Shown here in pieces: positions 12,406 through 23,435 of a DNA stretch of 64,000 bases. Source of the stretch: Mobula hypostoma. Lineage: Eukaryota. The DNA is taken from assembly GCF_963921235.1 (NCBI RefSeq), contig NC_086097.1:9920001-9984000 (forward strand), written 5' to 3'. Within the stretch, counting starts at the first letter, position 1, and every line of letters starts with the position of its first letter. The position numbers were made by a program, and so were the translations under genes. Under the pieces are notes generated by a model. The model was not told where the DNA came from. It saw nothing but the letters and a program-made list of their open reading frames with translations, and did no database searches.

Positions 12406-12932
12406 CAACACACACAAAGTGCTGGAGAAACTCAGCAGGTCAGGCAGCATCTATGAAAAAGACTAAGCAGTTGACATTTTGGGCTGAGACCCTTCATCAG
12501 GATTTCCAGCATCTGCAGATTTTCTTGTGTTTGTTAATAATTCTGGGTGACTGTGCTCTCTGCCCTCAGAAGCTGTTAGATCATCCAAGCTAACTACTTT
12601 GTCCCAGCAGAAGCGTTTGAACATTTGGAGGTGCCTTGTCAGTTACAGTGTGTTCCCATTTTAAATACATTCCATGGCCACTTTGTTGTCTACCTCCTCT
12701 ACCTAAAAATGAGGCAATTAAGTGTATCATAAGCACAAGGAAATCTGCAGATGCTGGAAATCCAAGCAACACAAAAGCTAAATGCTGGAGGAACTCAGTA
12801 GGCTAAATGGCATCTTTGAAAAAGAGTGAGCAGTCGGCATTTCGAGCCAAGACCCTTCATCAAGATTTCCAACATCTGCAGATTTTCTCATGTTTGTTAA
12901 TAATTTGGGTGACTATGCTCTCTGTCCTGAGA
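12406..12932. mobile_element. Two locally duplicated short PLE-derived elements (12406-12532, 12730-12895)
   Basis: Both carry a minus-strand degenerate hammerhead, end in GATTTCCAGCATCTGCAGATTTTCT and are followed by the same flank GTTAATAATT..GGGTGACT..GCTCTCTG. Confidence 0.7.
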
Positions 12933-12939
12933 CCATCCA

Positions 12940-14090
12940 CTTTATGGTTCAGTGCTTTGTGCATTCAGAGAAACTTTTCTGCACACCACCTCTATAACGT
13001 GTGGTTATTTGAGTTAATGTCACCTTCCTGTCAGCTGGAACAAGTGTGGCCATTCGCATCTGTCCTCTCTCATTAACAAGACATGATTGACACAGAATTG
13101 ACAATCTCTGGGTTTTTTTTTGTTTGTTTGTGCACCACTCTGTATAAACTCTAGAGCCTACTATGCATGAAAAATCCCAGGATAATCTCAGCAGTTCCCA
13201 AGATACTCAAACCACCCTGTCTGGCACCAGCAATCATTTCACGGTCAAAGTTATTTTAGAAACATAGAAACATAGAAAATAGGTGCAGGAGTAGGCCATT
13301 CGGCCCTTCAAGCCTGCACCGCCATTTATTATGATCATGGCTGATCATCCAACTCAGAACCCAGCCTTCCCTCCATACCCCCTGACCCCTGTAGCCACAA
13401 GGGCCATATCTAACTTCCTTTTAAACATAGCTAATGAACTGGCCTCAACAGTTTGCTGTGGCAGAGAATTCCACAGATTCACCACTCTCTGTGTGAAGAA
13501 GTTTTTCCTAACCTCGGTCCTAAAAGGCTTCCCCTCTATCCTCAAACTGTGTCCCCTCGTTCTAGACCTCCCCAACATCGGGAACAATCTTCCCGCATCT
13601 AGCCTGTCCAATCCCTTTAGGATCTTATACGTTTCAATCAGATCCCCCCTCAATCTTCTAAATTCCAACGAGTACAAGCCCAGTTCATCCAGTCTTTCTT
13701 CATATGAAAGACCTGCCATCCCAGGAATCAATCTGGTGAACCTTCTTTGTACTCCCTCTATGGCAAAGATGTCTTTCCTCAGATTAGGGGACCAAAACTG
13801 CACACAATACTCCAGGTGTGGTCTCACCAAGGCCTTGTACAACTGCAGTAGTACCTCCCTGCTCCTGTACTCGAATCCTCTCGCTATAAATGCCAGATCA
13901 CATTTCTTCCCTATTCTGATGTTTGATCTGAACAACAAGTGAACCTTTTGACCATGTCTGCACGCTTTCATGCATGGAGTTGATGCCACCTGATTGATTA
14001 CTGTAGATATTTGGCTGATTAGGTATTTTTAAAAAATGCATTAACGACCAGGTGTTCAGCTGTACCTAATAAAGTGGCCACTGAGTGTAT
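12940..14090 (-). mobile_element. Non-autonomous Tc1/mariner element, split by a CR1 insertion
   Basis: Same body as 5612-6103; TIR TGTACCTAATAAAGTGGCCACTGAGTG followed by TA. Confidence 0.8.
13257..13896 (-). mobile_element. Young CR1 LINE 3' fragment
   Basis: ORF 13354-13989 C-terminal CR1 domain; near-identical to 24950-25596; (CATAGAAA)n tail on + strand. Confidence 0.95.
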
Positions 14091-14530
14091 GTAATGCTCC
14101 TGAACCATTTGTCAGACTCAAAATATCAAATTAACTGATGTTGTAGCAATTGAAATTGTATTGAATCAGCCAATGTTACCTTTGTTCTTACTAGTTTAAA
14201 AACGTGATGGACCTTTAGTACAGGGAGACTCTGCTGAAAACACCTCCAAGAGAATTTTTGCTTATCATGATGATTAAAGACCTTCATATCTCCCAGCTTC
14301 AGTGTCTCCAGTGACTCAGTTCACATGGAGTACTAAACTATTTCATCTAGACAAGTAATGAGTATCTGGAATGATTTGCCTGAGGGATCATTGGTGGCAA
14401 AAACTGTGAAATGTTATTGGAAAGTTGGATTATAATATTAAAGAGAAAGAATGTCCTAATTTTAATTTTGAAGTCAGAAGGCTAACTTCAGAACTATTTC
14501 TCACTCTAAGTCTGATATTCAAGTTCAAGT

Positions 14531-14793
14531 TGTCATAGTGGCATAGTGGATAGCACAACGCTTTATAGTACAGGTGACCGGGTTCATTTCCTGCCACTGC
14601 TTGTATGGAGTTCGCATGTTCTCCCTATGACCACGTGGGTTTTCTCCAGGTGCTCTGGTTTCCTCCACAATCCAAAGACATACCAGTTGGAAGGATAATT
14701 GGTGATTATAAATGATTAGGCTAGGGTCAAATTGGGAGACTGCTGGCCAGCAAAACTTAAAGGGCCAGAAGGGCCCATTCTGCGCTGTCTGTC
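14531..14793 (+). mobile_element. V-SINE (HE1-like)
   Basis: Same head and V domain as 11690-11980. Confidence 0.75.
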
Positions 14794-14834
14794 AATATTA
14801 TTATTATTATTAACAACAACAACAACAATAATAA

Positions 14835-15290
14835 TTATAATATCAAAATACCACAAGTTGTATTACAACCAATCAGATACCATGGATAGGACAATCCATA
14901 ATAACTGTCTGGATATAATAATACAGGATAAACAAGCAAGAACAACTTATCTAATAGATATAGCTATTCCAAACGCACATAACTTACAGAAATCAATAAG
15001 TGAGAAACACTAGAAATGTGCTGAATTAAAAGAGGAAATTGAGATACTTTGCAACTTGACCAGGGTACACATTGTCCCTATAATAATATCTACAACTGGT
15101 GTCACCCTTCAGACACTACACAACAGCATTAAACAATTAGGGCTACACAGTAATATCTATGTAAATCTTTAGGGAGCCACAATACTAAACACCAATAGAA
15201 TAGACCTAAAGTTACCAGCAATTGAGAAATGAGTGTGCTTGGCTATGCCCGCACGCCAGGTTTTACCAGCTCAAGGTGAGAAAAAATATA
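14835..15290 (+). mobile_element. R4/Dong-clade non-LTR retrotransposon 3' fragment (restriction-like endonuclease), pseudogenised
   Basis: One frame with 2 internal stops: DRTIHNNCLDIIIQDKQARTTYLIDIAIPNAHNLQKSISEKH*KCAELKEEIEIL..VHIVPIIISTTGV, matching the PD..D REL domain. Confidence 0.8.
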
Positions 15291-15439
15291 AATTTAAAAA
15301 TAGTAGTAGTTATTCAAGCATGCACATGAATAAAGCCAAGGTGCAATACACAGCACCAAGATCACACAGCACATAACACATATATTTAGAGTTATAATAA
15401 CAGAAAAACATCCATTCATTTGCCACCCATTTTAATTCC

Positions 15440-16065
15440 ACTTCCCATTCCCTCCAGGCTTGACAAGAAGCATAGAGACCTCAGCCTTCACCCTGCCTTG
15501 TGTGGCTGGATCCTGACTTCTTGTCAGATCGCTGGGGTGGTAAGAGTGGGCTCCCTCACCTCTGCCTCTTTGACCCTCAACACAGGAGCCTGTCAGGGCT
15601 GTGTCCTAAGCTCCTTCCCCACCCCCCGCCTTTGCTTTCTGTATAGCCATGACTGTATTGCCACCCACAGCTCTAATCTGCTAATTAAATTTGCTGACAA
15701 TACTATATTGAATGGCCTTATCTCAAATAATAACAAGGTAGCCTACAGAGAAGTCATCACCCTGACACAGTGGTTTAAAGAAAACAACCTCTCCCTCAAT
15801 GTCACAAAAACAAAGGAGTTGGTTGTGGACTACAGGAGAAATGGAGACAGGCTCACCCCTATTGACATCAATGGATCTGTGGTTGAGAGGGTGAACAGTT
15901 TTAAGTTCCTTAGCAGAAACGTCACCGAGAATCTCATGTGGTCTGTACATACCGGCTGCGTGGTGAAAAAAGCCTCTTTCACCTCACACAGTTGAAGAAG
16001 TTTGCCAAGAGTCCCCAGATCCTAAGGACTTTCTTCAGGGGCACAAATGAGAGCATCCTGACTGG
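15440..16065 (+). mobile_element. Rex1/Babar-type RT fragment
   Basis: ORF 15420-15995 NTGACQGCVLS..KFADNT..LSLNVTKTKELVVDYRR. Confidence 0.85.
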
Positions 16066-16384
16066 GAGATGCGTTTAAGAGCAGAGTTGATAGTGGAGGC
16101 TCCCCCATTTCACGTACATCTGCTCTCACTCCATCCTCCCGCCACCCCACTAGGAATAGGGTTCCCCTGGTCCTCACCTACCACCCCACCAGCCTCCGGG
16201 TCCAACACATTATTCTCCGTAACTTCCGCCACCTCCAACGGGATCCCACCACTAAGCACATCTTTCCCTCCCCCCCACCGCATTCCGCAGGGATCGCTCC
16301 CTACACAACTCCCTTGTCCATTCGTCCCCCCCCATCCCTCCCCACTGATCTCCCTCCTGGCACTTATCCATGTAAGCGGAACAA

Positions 16385-16768
16385 GTGCTACACATGCCCT
16401 TACACTTCCTCCCTTACCACCATTCAGGGCCCAAAACAGTCCTTCCAGGTGAGGCAACATGTGAGTCGGCTGGGGTGATATACTGCGTCCGGTGCTCCCG
16501 ATGTGGCCTTTATTATATTGGCGAGACCCGACGCAGACTGGGAGACCGCTTTGCTGAACACCTACGCTCTGTCCGCCAGAGAAAGCAGGATCTCCCAGTG
16601 GCCACACATTTTAATTCCACATCCCATTCCCATTCTGACATGTCTATCCATGGCCTCCTCTACTGTAAAGATGAAGCCACACTCAGGTTGGAGGAACAAC
16701 ACCTTATATTCTGTCTGGGTAGCCTCCAACCTGATGGCATGAACATCGACTTCTCTAACTTCCGCTAA
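16385..16768 (+). pseudogene. GIY-YIG endonuclease domain of the Penelope-like element (frameshifted from upstream linker; not a standalone gene)
   Basis: GVIYCVRCSRCGLYYIGETRRRLGDRFAEHLRSV..PVATHFN..EEQHLIFCLGSLQPDGMN. Confidence 0.9.
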
Positions 16769-17065
16769 TGCCCCACCTCCCCCTCGTACCCCATCTGTTA
16801 CTTATTTTTATACACACATTCTTTCTTTCACTCTCCTTTTTCTCACTCTGTCCCTCTGAATATACCCCTTGCCCATCCTCTGGGTCCTCCCCCACCACCT
16901 TGTCTTTCTTCCCAGACCTCCTGTCCCATGATCCTCTCGTATCCCCTTTTGCCCATCACCTGTCCAGCTCTTGGCTCCATCCCTCCCTCTCCTGTCTTCT
17001 CCTATCATTTTGGATCTCCCCCTCCCCCTCCAACTTTCAAATCCCTTGCTCACTCTTCCTTCAGT

Positions 17066-17103
17066 TAGTCCTGACGAAGGGTCTCGGCCTGAAACGTCGA
17101 CTG
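17066..17103 (+). ncRNA. Minimal type I hammerhead ribozyme, intact core; predicted cleavage after C17098 (GUC)
   Basis: TAGTC-CTGACGA-AGGGTCTCGGCCT-GAAA-CG-TC-GACTG: CUGANGA and GAAA boxes, stem II AGG/CCT, palindromic ACGT helix III, stem I AGTC/GACT. Confidence 0.8.
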
Positions 17104-17163
17104 TACCTCTTCCTAGAGATGCTGCCTGGCCTGCTGCGTTCACCAGCAACTTTTATGTGTGTT

Positions 17164-17650
17164 ACCTTATATTCAGTCTGGGTAGCCTCCAGCCTGATGG
17201 CATGAACATCAATTTCTCAAACTTCGGGTAATTGTTGTCCCTGCCCTCTCCTTCACCATTCCCCATCCCCTTTTCCCTCTCACATTATCTCCTTGTCTGT
17301 TCATCACCTCCCTCTGCTGCTCCTCCCCCCTTTTCTTTCATCCATGGCATTCTTTCCCCACCTATCAAACTCTTCCTTCCCCAGTCCTATATCCCTTTCA
17401 CCAATCAACTTCCCAGCTATTTACTTCATCCCTCCCCCTCCCAGTTTTGCCTATCACCTCATGTTTCTCTTCCCCCTCCCCCACCTTTTAAATCTGCACC
17501 ACATCTTTTCATTCAGTTCTGCCGAAGGGCCTAGACCCAGAACGTTGACTGTACTTTTCACCATAGATGCTGCCTGGCCTGTTGAGGCTCCTATAGCATT
17601 TTGTGGGTGTTGCTCCAGATTTCCAGCATCTGCAGATTTTCCCTTGTTTG
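17164..17650 (+). mobile_element. Second PLE 3' unit in tandem, degenerate hammerhead at 17514-17551
   Basis: Restarts at ACCTTATATTC.GTCTGGGTAGCCTCCA (repeat of 16701 onward) with a divergent UTR. Confidence 0.8.
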
Positions 17651-17749
17651 TAATATAGCGCAAGTCCCTGACTGGCATGGTGTGTAGATTGATACTGCAT
17701 GTGATATTGTCCTGGTCCAGCTTGTCTACCTTAACTGGTCAGCATGATC

Positions 17750-17820
17750 TACAGTGCAGTGCAAAAGTCTGAGGCATATACGTATATAGCTAGGGTGCAT
17801 AGACTTTTGCACGGTACTGT
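17750..17820. mobile_element. ~70 bp palindromic Tc1-like mini-MITE
   Basis: ACAGTGCAGTGCAAAAGTCT..AGACTTTTGCACGGTACTGT. Confidence 0.6.
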
Positions 17821-17876
17821 TGTAATTTTATGTATTGCACTGAACTGCTGCTATATAAAATACAAATTTTATGAGA

Positions 17877-18418
17877 TAACCATACAACCATATAACAATT
17901 ACAGCATGGAAACAGGCCACCTCAGCCCTTCTAGTCCGTGCCGAACGCTTACTCTCACCTACTCCCACCAACCTGCATTTAGCCCATAACCCTCCATTCC
18001 TTTCCTGTCCATATATCTATCCAATTTAACCTTAAACGACAACATCGAACCTGCCTCAACCACTTCTGCTGGAAGCTCGTTCCACACAGCCACCACTCTC
18101 TGAGTAAAGAAGTTCCCCCTCATGTTATCCCTAAAATTTTGCCCTTTAACTCTCAGCTCATGTCCTCTTGTTTGAATCTCCCCCACTCTCAATGGAAAAA
18201 GCCTATCCACGTCAATTCTATCTATCCCCCTCATAATTTCAAATACCTCTATCAAGTCCCCCCTCAACCTTCTACGTTCCAAAGAATAAAGACCCAATTC
18301 AACCTTTCTCTGTAGCTTGGGTGATGAAACCCAGGTAACAATCTAGTAAATCTTCTCTGCACTCTCTCTATTTTGTTGACATCTTTCCTATAATTCGGTG
18401 ACCAAAACTGTACACAAT
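17877..18418 (-). mobile_element. CR1 LINE 3' fragment
   Basis: ORFs 17959-18297 and 18264-18506; same subfamily as 6101-7147. Confidence 0.9.
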
Positions 18419-18752
18419 GTGACATGTGAGTGATGATAAACCTGACTCTGATATAGGTCTCTATTACACACTGAGAGTGGGAAGGGGGCGAAAAGAGGGG
18501 AAGCATGGCTGGGTAAAGGGGATGGGAGAGGCAAGGGAGCTGTAATGATCAATAAAACAATTGTTTGGAATCAAATGGCCTTTCCTGGTGTCCCAGGGCC
18601 AGGTGTGTCTGCACCCCCGCCAACACCTGCCCCTGGCACCTTCTTCTCTGCCACTTGTACCACACCCCTCCCCTGGTGCTCCACCCTTGCCATTCCAAAC
18701 ATCCTTTACTCCCTCCAGATTTACAACCTCGTTCTGGCTCCACGTTGACAAA

Positions 18753-18828
18753 TACAGTACTTTGCAAAAGTCTTAGGTATGAGTACTCGAGCCAAATGTA
18801 TGTGCTTAAGACAATTGCACAGTACTGT
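18753..18828. mobile_element. ~75 bp palindromic Tc1-like mini-MITE (half copy also at ~18903-18930)
   Basis: ACAGTACTTTGCAAAAGTCTTAGG..CTTAAGACAATTGCACAGTACTGT. Confidence 0.6.
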
Positions 18829-19911
18829 TTATAACTTATATATGAGTCAGGAAGACAATGTAGTGGTTAGCACAATGCTTTACAGTACCAACGACCTGAT
18901 ATGTGCCTAAGATTTTTTCACAGTACTGTACTATATCAGATGACATGTTATGGGTCTAAACTTCTTAAAATTTTGATCATATTTGTGCACAGAAATGGAA
19001 GTGTGTGTCATTGATTGAATAATTGTACTTCTGATGATTCAACCAATGAAAGCACCATCTGCTTGTCCGTTTGCTTAGAAAGATACAGTGATACCATTTG
19101 AAATGGACATCAGAGATATTTTATCCTGGGACCGTTCTGATTGTCAAACTTTGAGCTTTGAACCTGCGAAAGGCAAGGAGTTTCTGTCTGATTAGGTCAA
19201 TGCTGTCCCCCCCTCACGCCTTCTTTCATCAATTCTGTACTGAACAGATTAGCTATTACACCCCATTATTGCTTCGGGGACCATATTGTGAAGAAACATC
19301 TTCAAAACCCCTTTTTTAAGATTCTGAATTAAAAACAGTGTGTTGCAGTTTAATAATTTCCTTATCAGTTTTAATTTTAGCTCATTCGTAAGCATTGGAA
19401 TGATATCATTGCAAAAGTATTAACAGAGGTCTCGTCGTCTTTTAGATAGTTTTTTAAATCGGGTTGTCTTCAAACAGTCACAAATATCTCTAGGCCTGCT
19501 GTGCTTACTTAATTTAATTCCTTCCTTTCAATATTACAAATTAATGTATGTTGTTTGACAGAGAATACCAAAAATGACCTGTGGCTATAATTGTGCTTTG
19601 TGACCCAAACCAAAGAAAATCCTCATTTTTTCATTGTTAAAATGTCATAGTTTAAGTTGCCTGATATTTAGAAGAATTGCATTAATTGTTAATAGACAAC
19701 ATGCAAAGGATACATTCAGGAGTGAATTGGAATTCAATTAAGTAAAAACTAAATGTAAAAGTGTATAGTTTCCTCTTGAACAGATGATGACAAAAGAGGA
19801 ATGAACACCTACTGTGTACACAAATATTGCCAGGTACACACTTTTTATATTTTCCAATGACATCTCTTTAAAATTATCTCAAAAGGAATTGCGTATAATA
19901 CAGACTGAAAA

Positions 19912-20067
19912 TACACTCAGTGGCCGCTTTATTAGATACAGCCATACACCTGTTTATTAATGCAAATATCTGATCAGCCAATCATGTAGCAGCAACTCCA
20001 TGTAGACATGGTTAAGAGTTGTGTTGTTGTTCAGTTCAAACATCAGAATGGGAAAGAAATGTGATTT
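19912..20067 (+). mobile_element. Tc1/mariner element left end
   Basis: TACACTCAGTGGCCGCTTTATTAG TIR through the transposase start ATGGGAAAGAAATGTGAT. Confidence 0.75.
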
Positions 20068-21240
20068 CACCCAGTCCAGAATAAGTGTTCCCCTAGTGGG
20101 CTCAACCACAAGTTGCTCTAAAAAACCACCTTGTAGATGTTCTACAAAATCCCCCTCCTGGAGTCCAGCACCAACCATTCTACCTGCATATTGAAATCAC
20201 TCATGACTATTGTAACATTGCATTTTTGACATGCATGTTCTATCTCCTGTTGTAATTTGTAGGCCACATCTGTATTGCTGTTTGGACGTCTATTTGCAAC
20301 TCCAGTCAGGGTCATTTTACCCTTGCAGTTCCCTATCTCTATCCACAATGATTCAATATCTTCCAACCCTATGTCACCTCTTTCCAATTATTTGCTTTCA
20401 ATTTTTACCAGCAGAGCAACACTGTCCTCTCTGCCCTACTGCCTGTCCTTTTGATACAATGTGCATCCTTGGATATTAAGCTCCCACCTTCCCATCTTCT
20501 TTCAGCCATGATTCAGTGATACCTACAACATCATACCTGCCAATCTGTAATTGTGCTACAAGTTCATCTACCTTATTCTGCATTCCCATATAACACCTTC
20601 AGTCCCGTATTTAGCATTTTTGGTTTTCTCTGTCTTTTACATTGCAACTCATCCTATTGACTGCAATTTTGCCCCATCAGCAGCCTCTCCTCACTACGCA
20701 TTGCCTCTATTTTTAAACCAGCTACATCATCTACAGCACTATTATCTGCCTTATCTACATTACTTCTTGAATTGAAATATATGCATCTCAGGACATTAGT
20801 CGCTCCATGCTCAACCTTTTGATTCTTAACTTTGTTTGAGTTCTTACCAACATCTCTGCTTCCACAACCTCTCCACTAACTGTTATGCCACTCTGGTTCC
20901 CATCCCCCTACAACTCAAGTTTAAATCCTGCTGTCAAGCATTAACAAATCTTCCCACTAGGATATTAGTCCCCCTCCAGTTCAGGTGCAAACCGTCCCTT
21001 CTATACAAGTCCCACCTTCCCTGGAAGAGAGCCCAATGATCCAAAAATCTTATGCCCTCCTTCCTACACCAAATCCTTAGCCATATATTAAACTGTATAA
21101 TCTTCCTAGTTCTGGCCTCACTAGCACTTGGCACAGGTAGCAATCCTGAGATCACCACCCTGGAGGTTCTGCACTTTAACTTAGCATCTAACTCCCTGAG
21201 TTCCTTATGCAGAACCTCATCACTTGTCCTACCCATGTAA
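20068..21240 (-). mobile_element. CR1 LINE internal fragment: ORF1 esterase-like C-terminus and decayed APE endonuclease
   Basis: ORF 20934-21245 VVISGLLP..FLDHW..DGLHLN; ORF 20142-20387 ESLWIEI..RPNS..SDFN. Confidence 0.85.
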
Positions 21241-21987
21241 TTCAATAATATGTTTACTTTGAACTATCAACTTCCAACTTTTAAAGTCATGTGCGTTGCT
21301 AAGCTAATTGTTAGGTTAATTGTTCTTCATCTTCAGTTGAGTGGCTTGGAATAGGTTGGAGAGAAAATTAACGGGTGAAATGAAATTGCTGTGTTAGCAA
21401 TGATGGGTGATGGACCAAATGACTTCCTTTGATGGAAGTATTGGTTTATATACAAAGCTTTCACACATCATCTTTGTCTTTTGTCCAGTTTTAAATGGGT
21501 TAACTGTCCAATGAGGAGTGGAAAAAGAGGAAGAAATGATTCATTGTTTCTGTATGAGTGGCATCTATTTTATTCGCATTGTGATATTAACTTTCAAGAC
21601 ACATCATGAGATTTAAAAAATAAATTTATGCAGAACATTTGTTTAAAATTCTGCCACATTTTATTAATGTGAACATTATCATTAGGTTTACAGAAGAAAT
21701 CCGTGTATCTCCAGCTGGGTGCCTGGGTCCACAGCATTCAAAAAAACATGTTCAATTTTCCAATTTGTCACCTGTGCTATATTTTTGTCAAGCACTCCCT
21801 GTGCCACCTGTTCCAATGCAAGTCTAATTTAATTTCTGTGAGTGGATATGCACATGCAATGGTAAATTATATACTGAATCTGATCATTTGGTCTGCAGAT
21901 AGACTCACTAAGGTGGCACAGATTTGTCCTCATATACAAAGGCCTTAACAGCAAAATATTAGGCAGTTATAAGAGCAATAGTGGGCA

Positions 21988-22594
21988 AATATAAGAGCAA
22001 AGAGGTCCTTCTGCAGTTGTACAGGGCCCTGGTGAGACCACACCTGGAATACTGTGTGCAGTTTTGGTCTCCAAATTTGAGGAAGGACATTCTTGCTATT
22101 GAGGGAGTGCAGCGTAGGTTCACAAGGTTAATCCCCGGGATGGCAGGACTGTCATATGTTGAAAGACTGGAGCGACTGGGCTTGTATACTCTGGAATTTA
22201 GAAGGCTGAGAGGGGATCTTATTGAAACATTTAAGATTATTAAGGGACTGGACATGCTGGAGGCAGGAAGCATGTTCCCGCTGATGGGTGAGTCCAGAAC
22301 CAGAGGCCACAGTTTAAGAATAAGGGGTAGGCCATTTAGAAAGGAGCTGAGCAAAAACTTTTTCACCCAGAGAGTGGTGGATATATGGAATGCTCTACCC
22401 CAGAAGGCTGTGGAGGCCAAGTCTCTGGATGCTTTCAAGAAAGAGATGGATAGAGCTCTTAAAGATAGCGGAATCAAAGATTATGGGGATAAGGCAGGAA
22501 CTGGATACTGATTGTGTATGATCAGCCATGATCACAGTGAATGGCGGTGCTGGCTTTAAGGGCCGAATGGCATACTCCTGCACCTATTGTCTAT
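21988..22594 (+). mobile_element. CR1 LINE 3' fragment
   Basis: ORF 21981-22511 LYRALVRPHLEYCVQFWSP..; (CTATTGT)n tail. Confidence 0.95.
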
Positions 22595-23174
22595 TAAAAA
22601 TAAGTTAGCTTTGTCAACCTCAACTAGCAGAGAAAGTTTGTACTGACAGGTACAACTAATTCCTTGTTGAGATTGATTTCTACTGAATATGAAAACTGAA
22701 GGTGGATGAGGTGCAAGCTGGCAAAATATAAGCCTGGAGTGTGCCTGAGCAAGTATAACTGATAGGTTCTGCTTCTGGTTAAGCTCTAAGAACAGGTTAG
22801 GTCCAAACAGTCTTATACTGTTGTCAAAACTGTCAAAGCATGTGTCTACTTCAAAAGGACATTGTTCGCAACCGTATATCCTGACTCCCTTCACCCATTT
22901 ACATGAGAACTGCTGCCACATTCAGATCAGGTACCTCACCATCTTCCAGTTCCCACCAATCTTCTACCACACCACCCCTTGATTGCCCAAAGACCCAGAT
23001 CACATGAAAAGATTAATTGCACAGAACTGCTTTATGTAACACTCTCCATCATTGTCTACTTTTCATTTGTTGTCCATATTTTTCCTTGTTCCCTGAGATG
23101 CCATTCCCAATTACCCTCTTCTTTTATGGATGTGGGCAAATATGGAATCTCCAACACTTATCACCCATCTTGCA

Positions 23175-23435
23175 GTGACAGGTGGAAGAGATGAAGGGCT
23201 CAAGAAGAAGGATCTGATAGGAGAGGATGGTAGACCACGGGAGAAGGGAGGTGAAGATGGTCAGGTGAGTAAAAGAGAAGGCTTGAGTAGGGAACTAAAA
23301 TGGGGAATGGAAACAGAGAAGGGGACCGGGGAGGAAATTACTGGAAGTGAGAGAAATCAGGTTGAAGGCTACCCAGATGGAATATGAGATATTTCTCCTT
23401 TAACCCAAGTGTGGCCTCGTCATGGTAGTAAAAGA
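23175..23435 (-). mobile_element. Penelope-like element fragment
   Basis: Purine tract, then AGGCTACCCAGATGGAATATGAG (reverse of the GIY-YIG C-terminus). Confidence 0.65.

Larger units (their letters stand above)
16102..17163 (+). mobile_element. Penelope-like element (Neptune-type), 5'-truncated: linker, GIY-YIG, 3' UTR with hammerhead
   Basis: RVPLVLTYHP linker, Cys-rich PCKRNKCYTCPY, GIY-YIG ORF, pyrimidine-rich UTR, hammerhead core. Confidence 0.9.

Noticed and set aside
13331..13942. Long ORFs antisense to CR1 (also 21959-22477, 25737-26141, 46832-47293)
   Set aside because: Shadow frames of CR1 ORF2 with no independent domain signal
16385..16768. Standalone GIY-YIG nuclease gene
   Set aside because: The ORF start is out of frame with the upstream PLE linker; it is a truncated transposon fragment lacking RT
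19079..19172. Possible exon KDTVIPFEMDIRDILSWDRSDCQTLSFEPAK
   Set aside because: Needs a non-canonical GC donor and the peptide is not recognised; not supportable without RNA data
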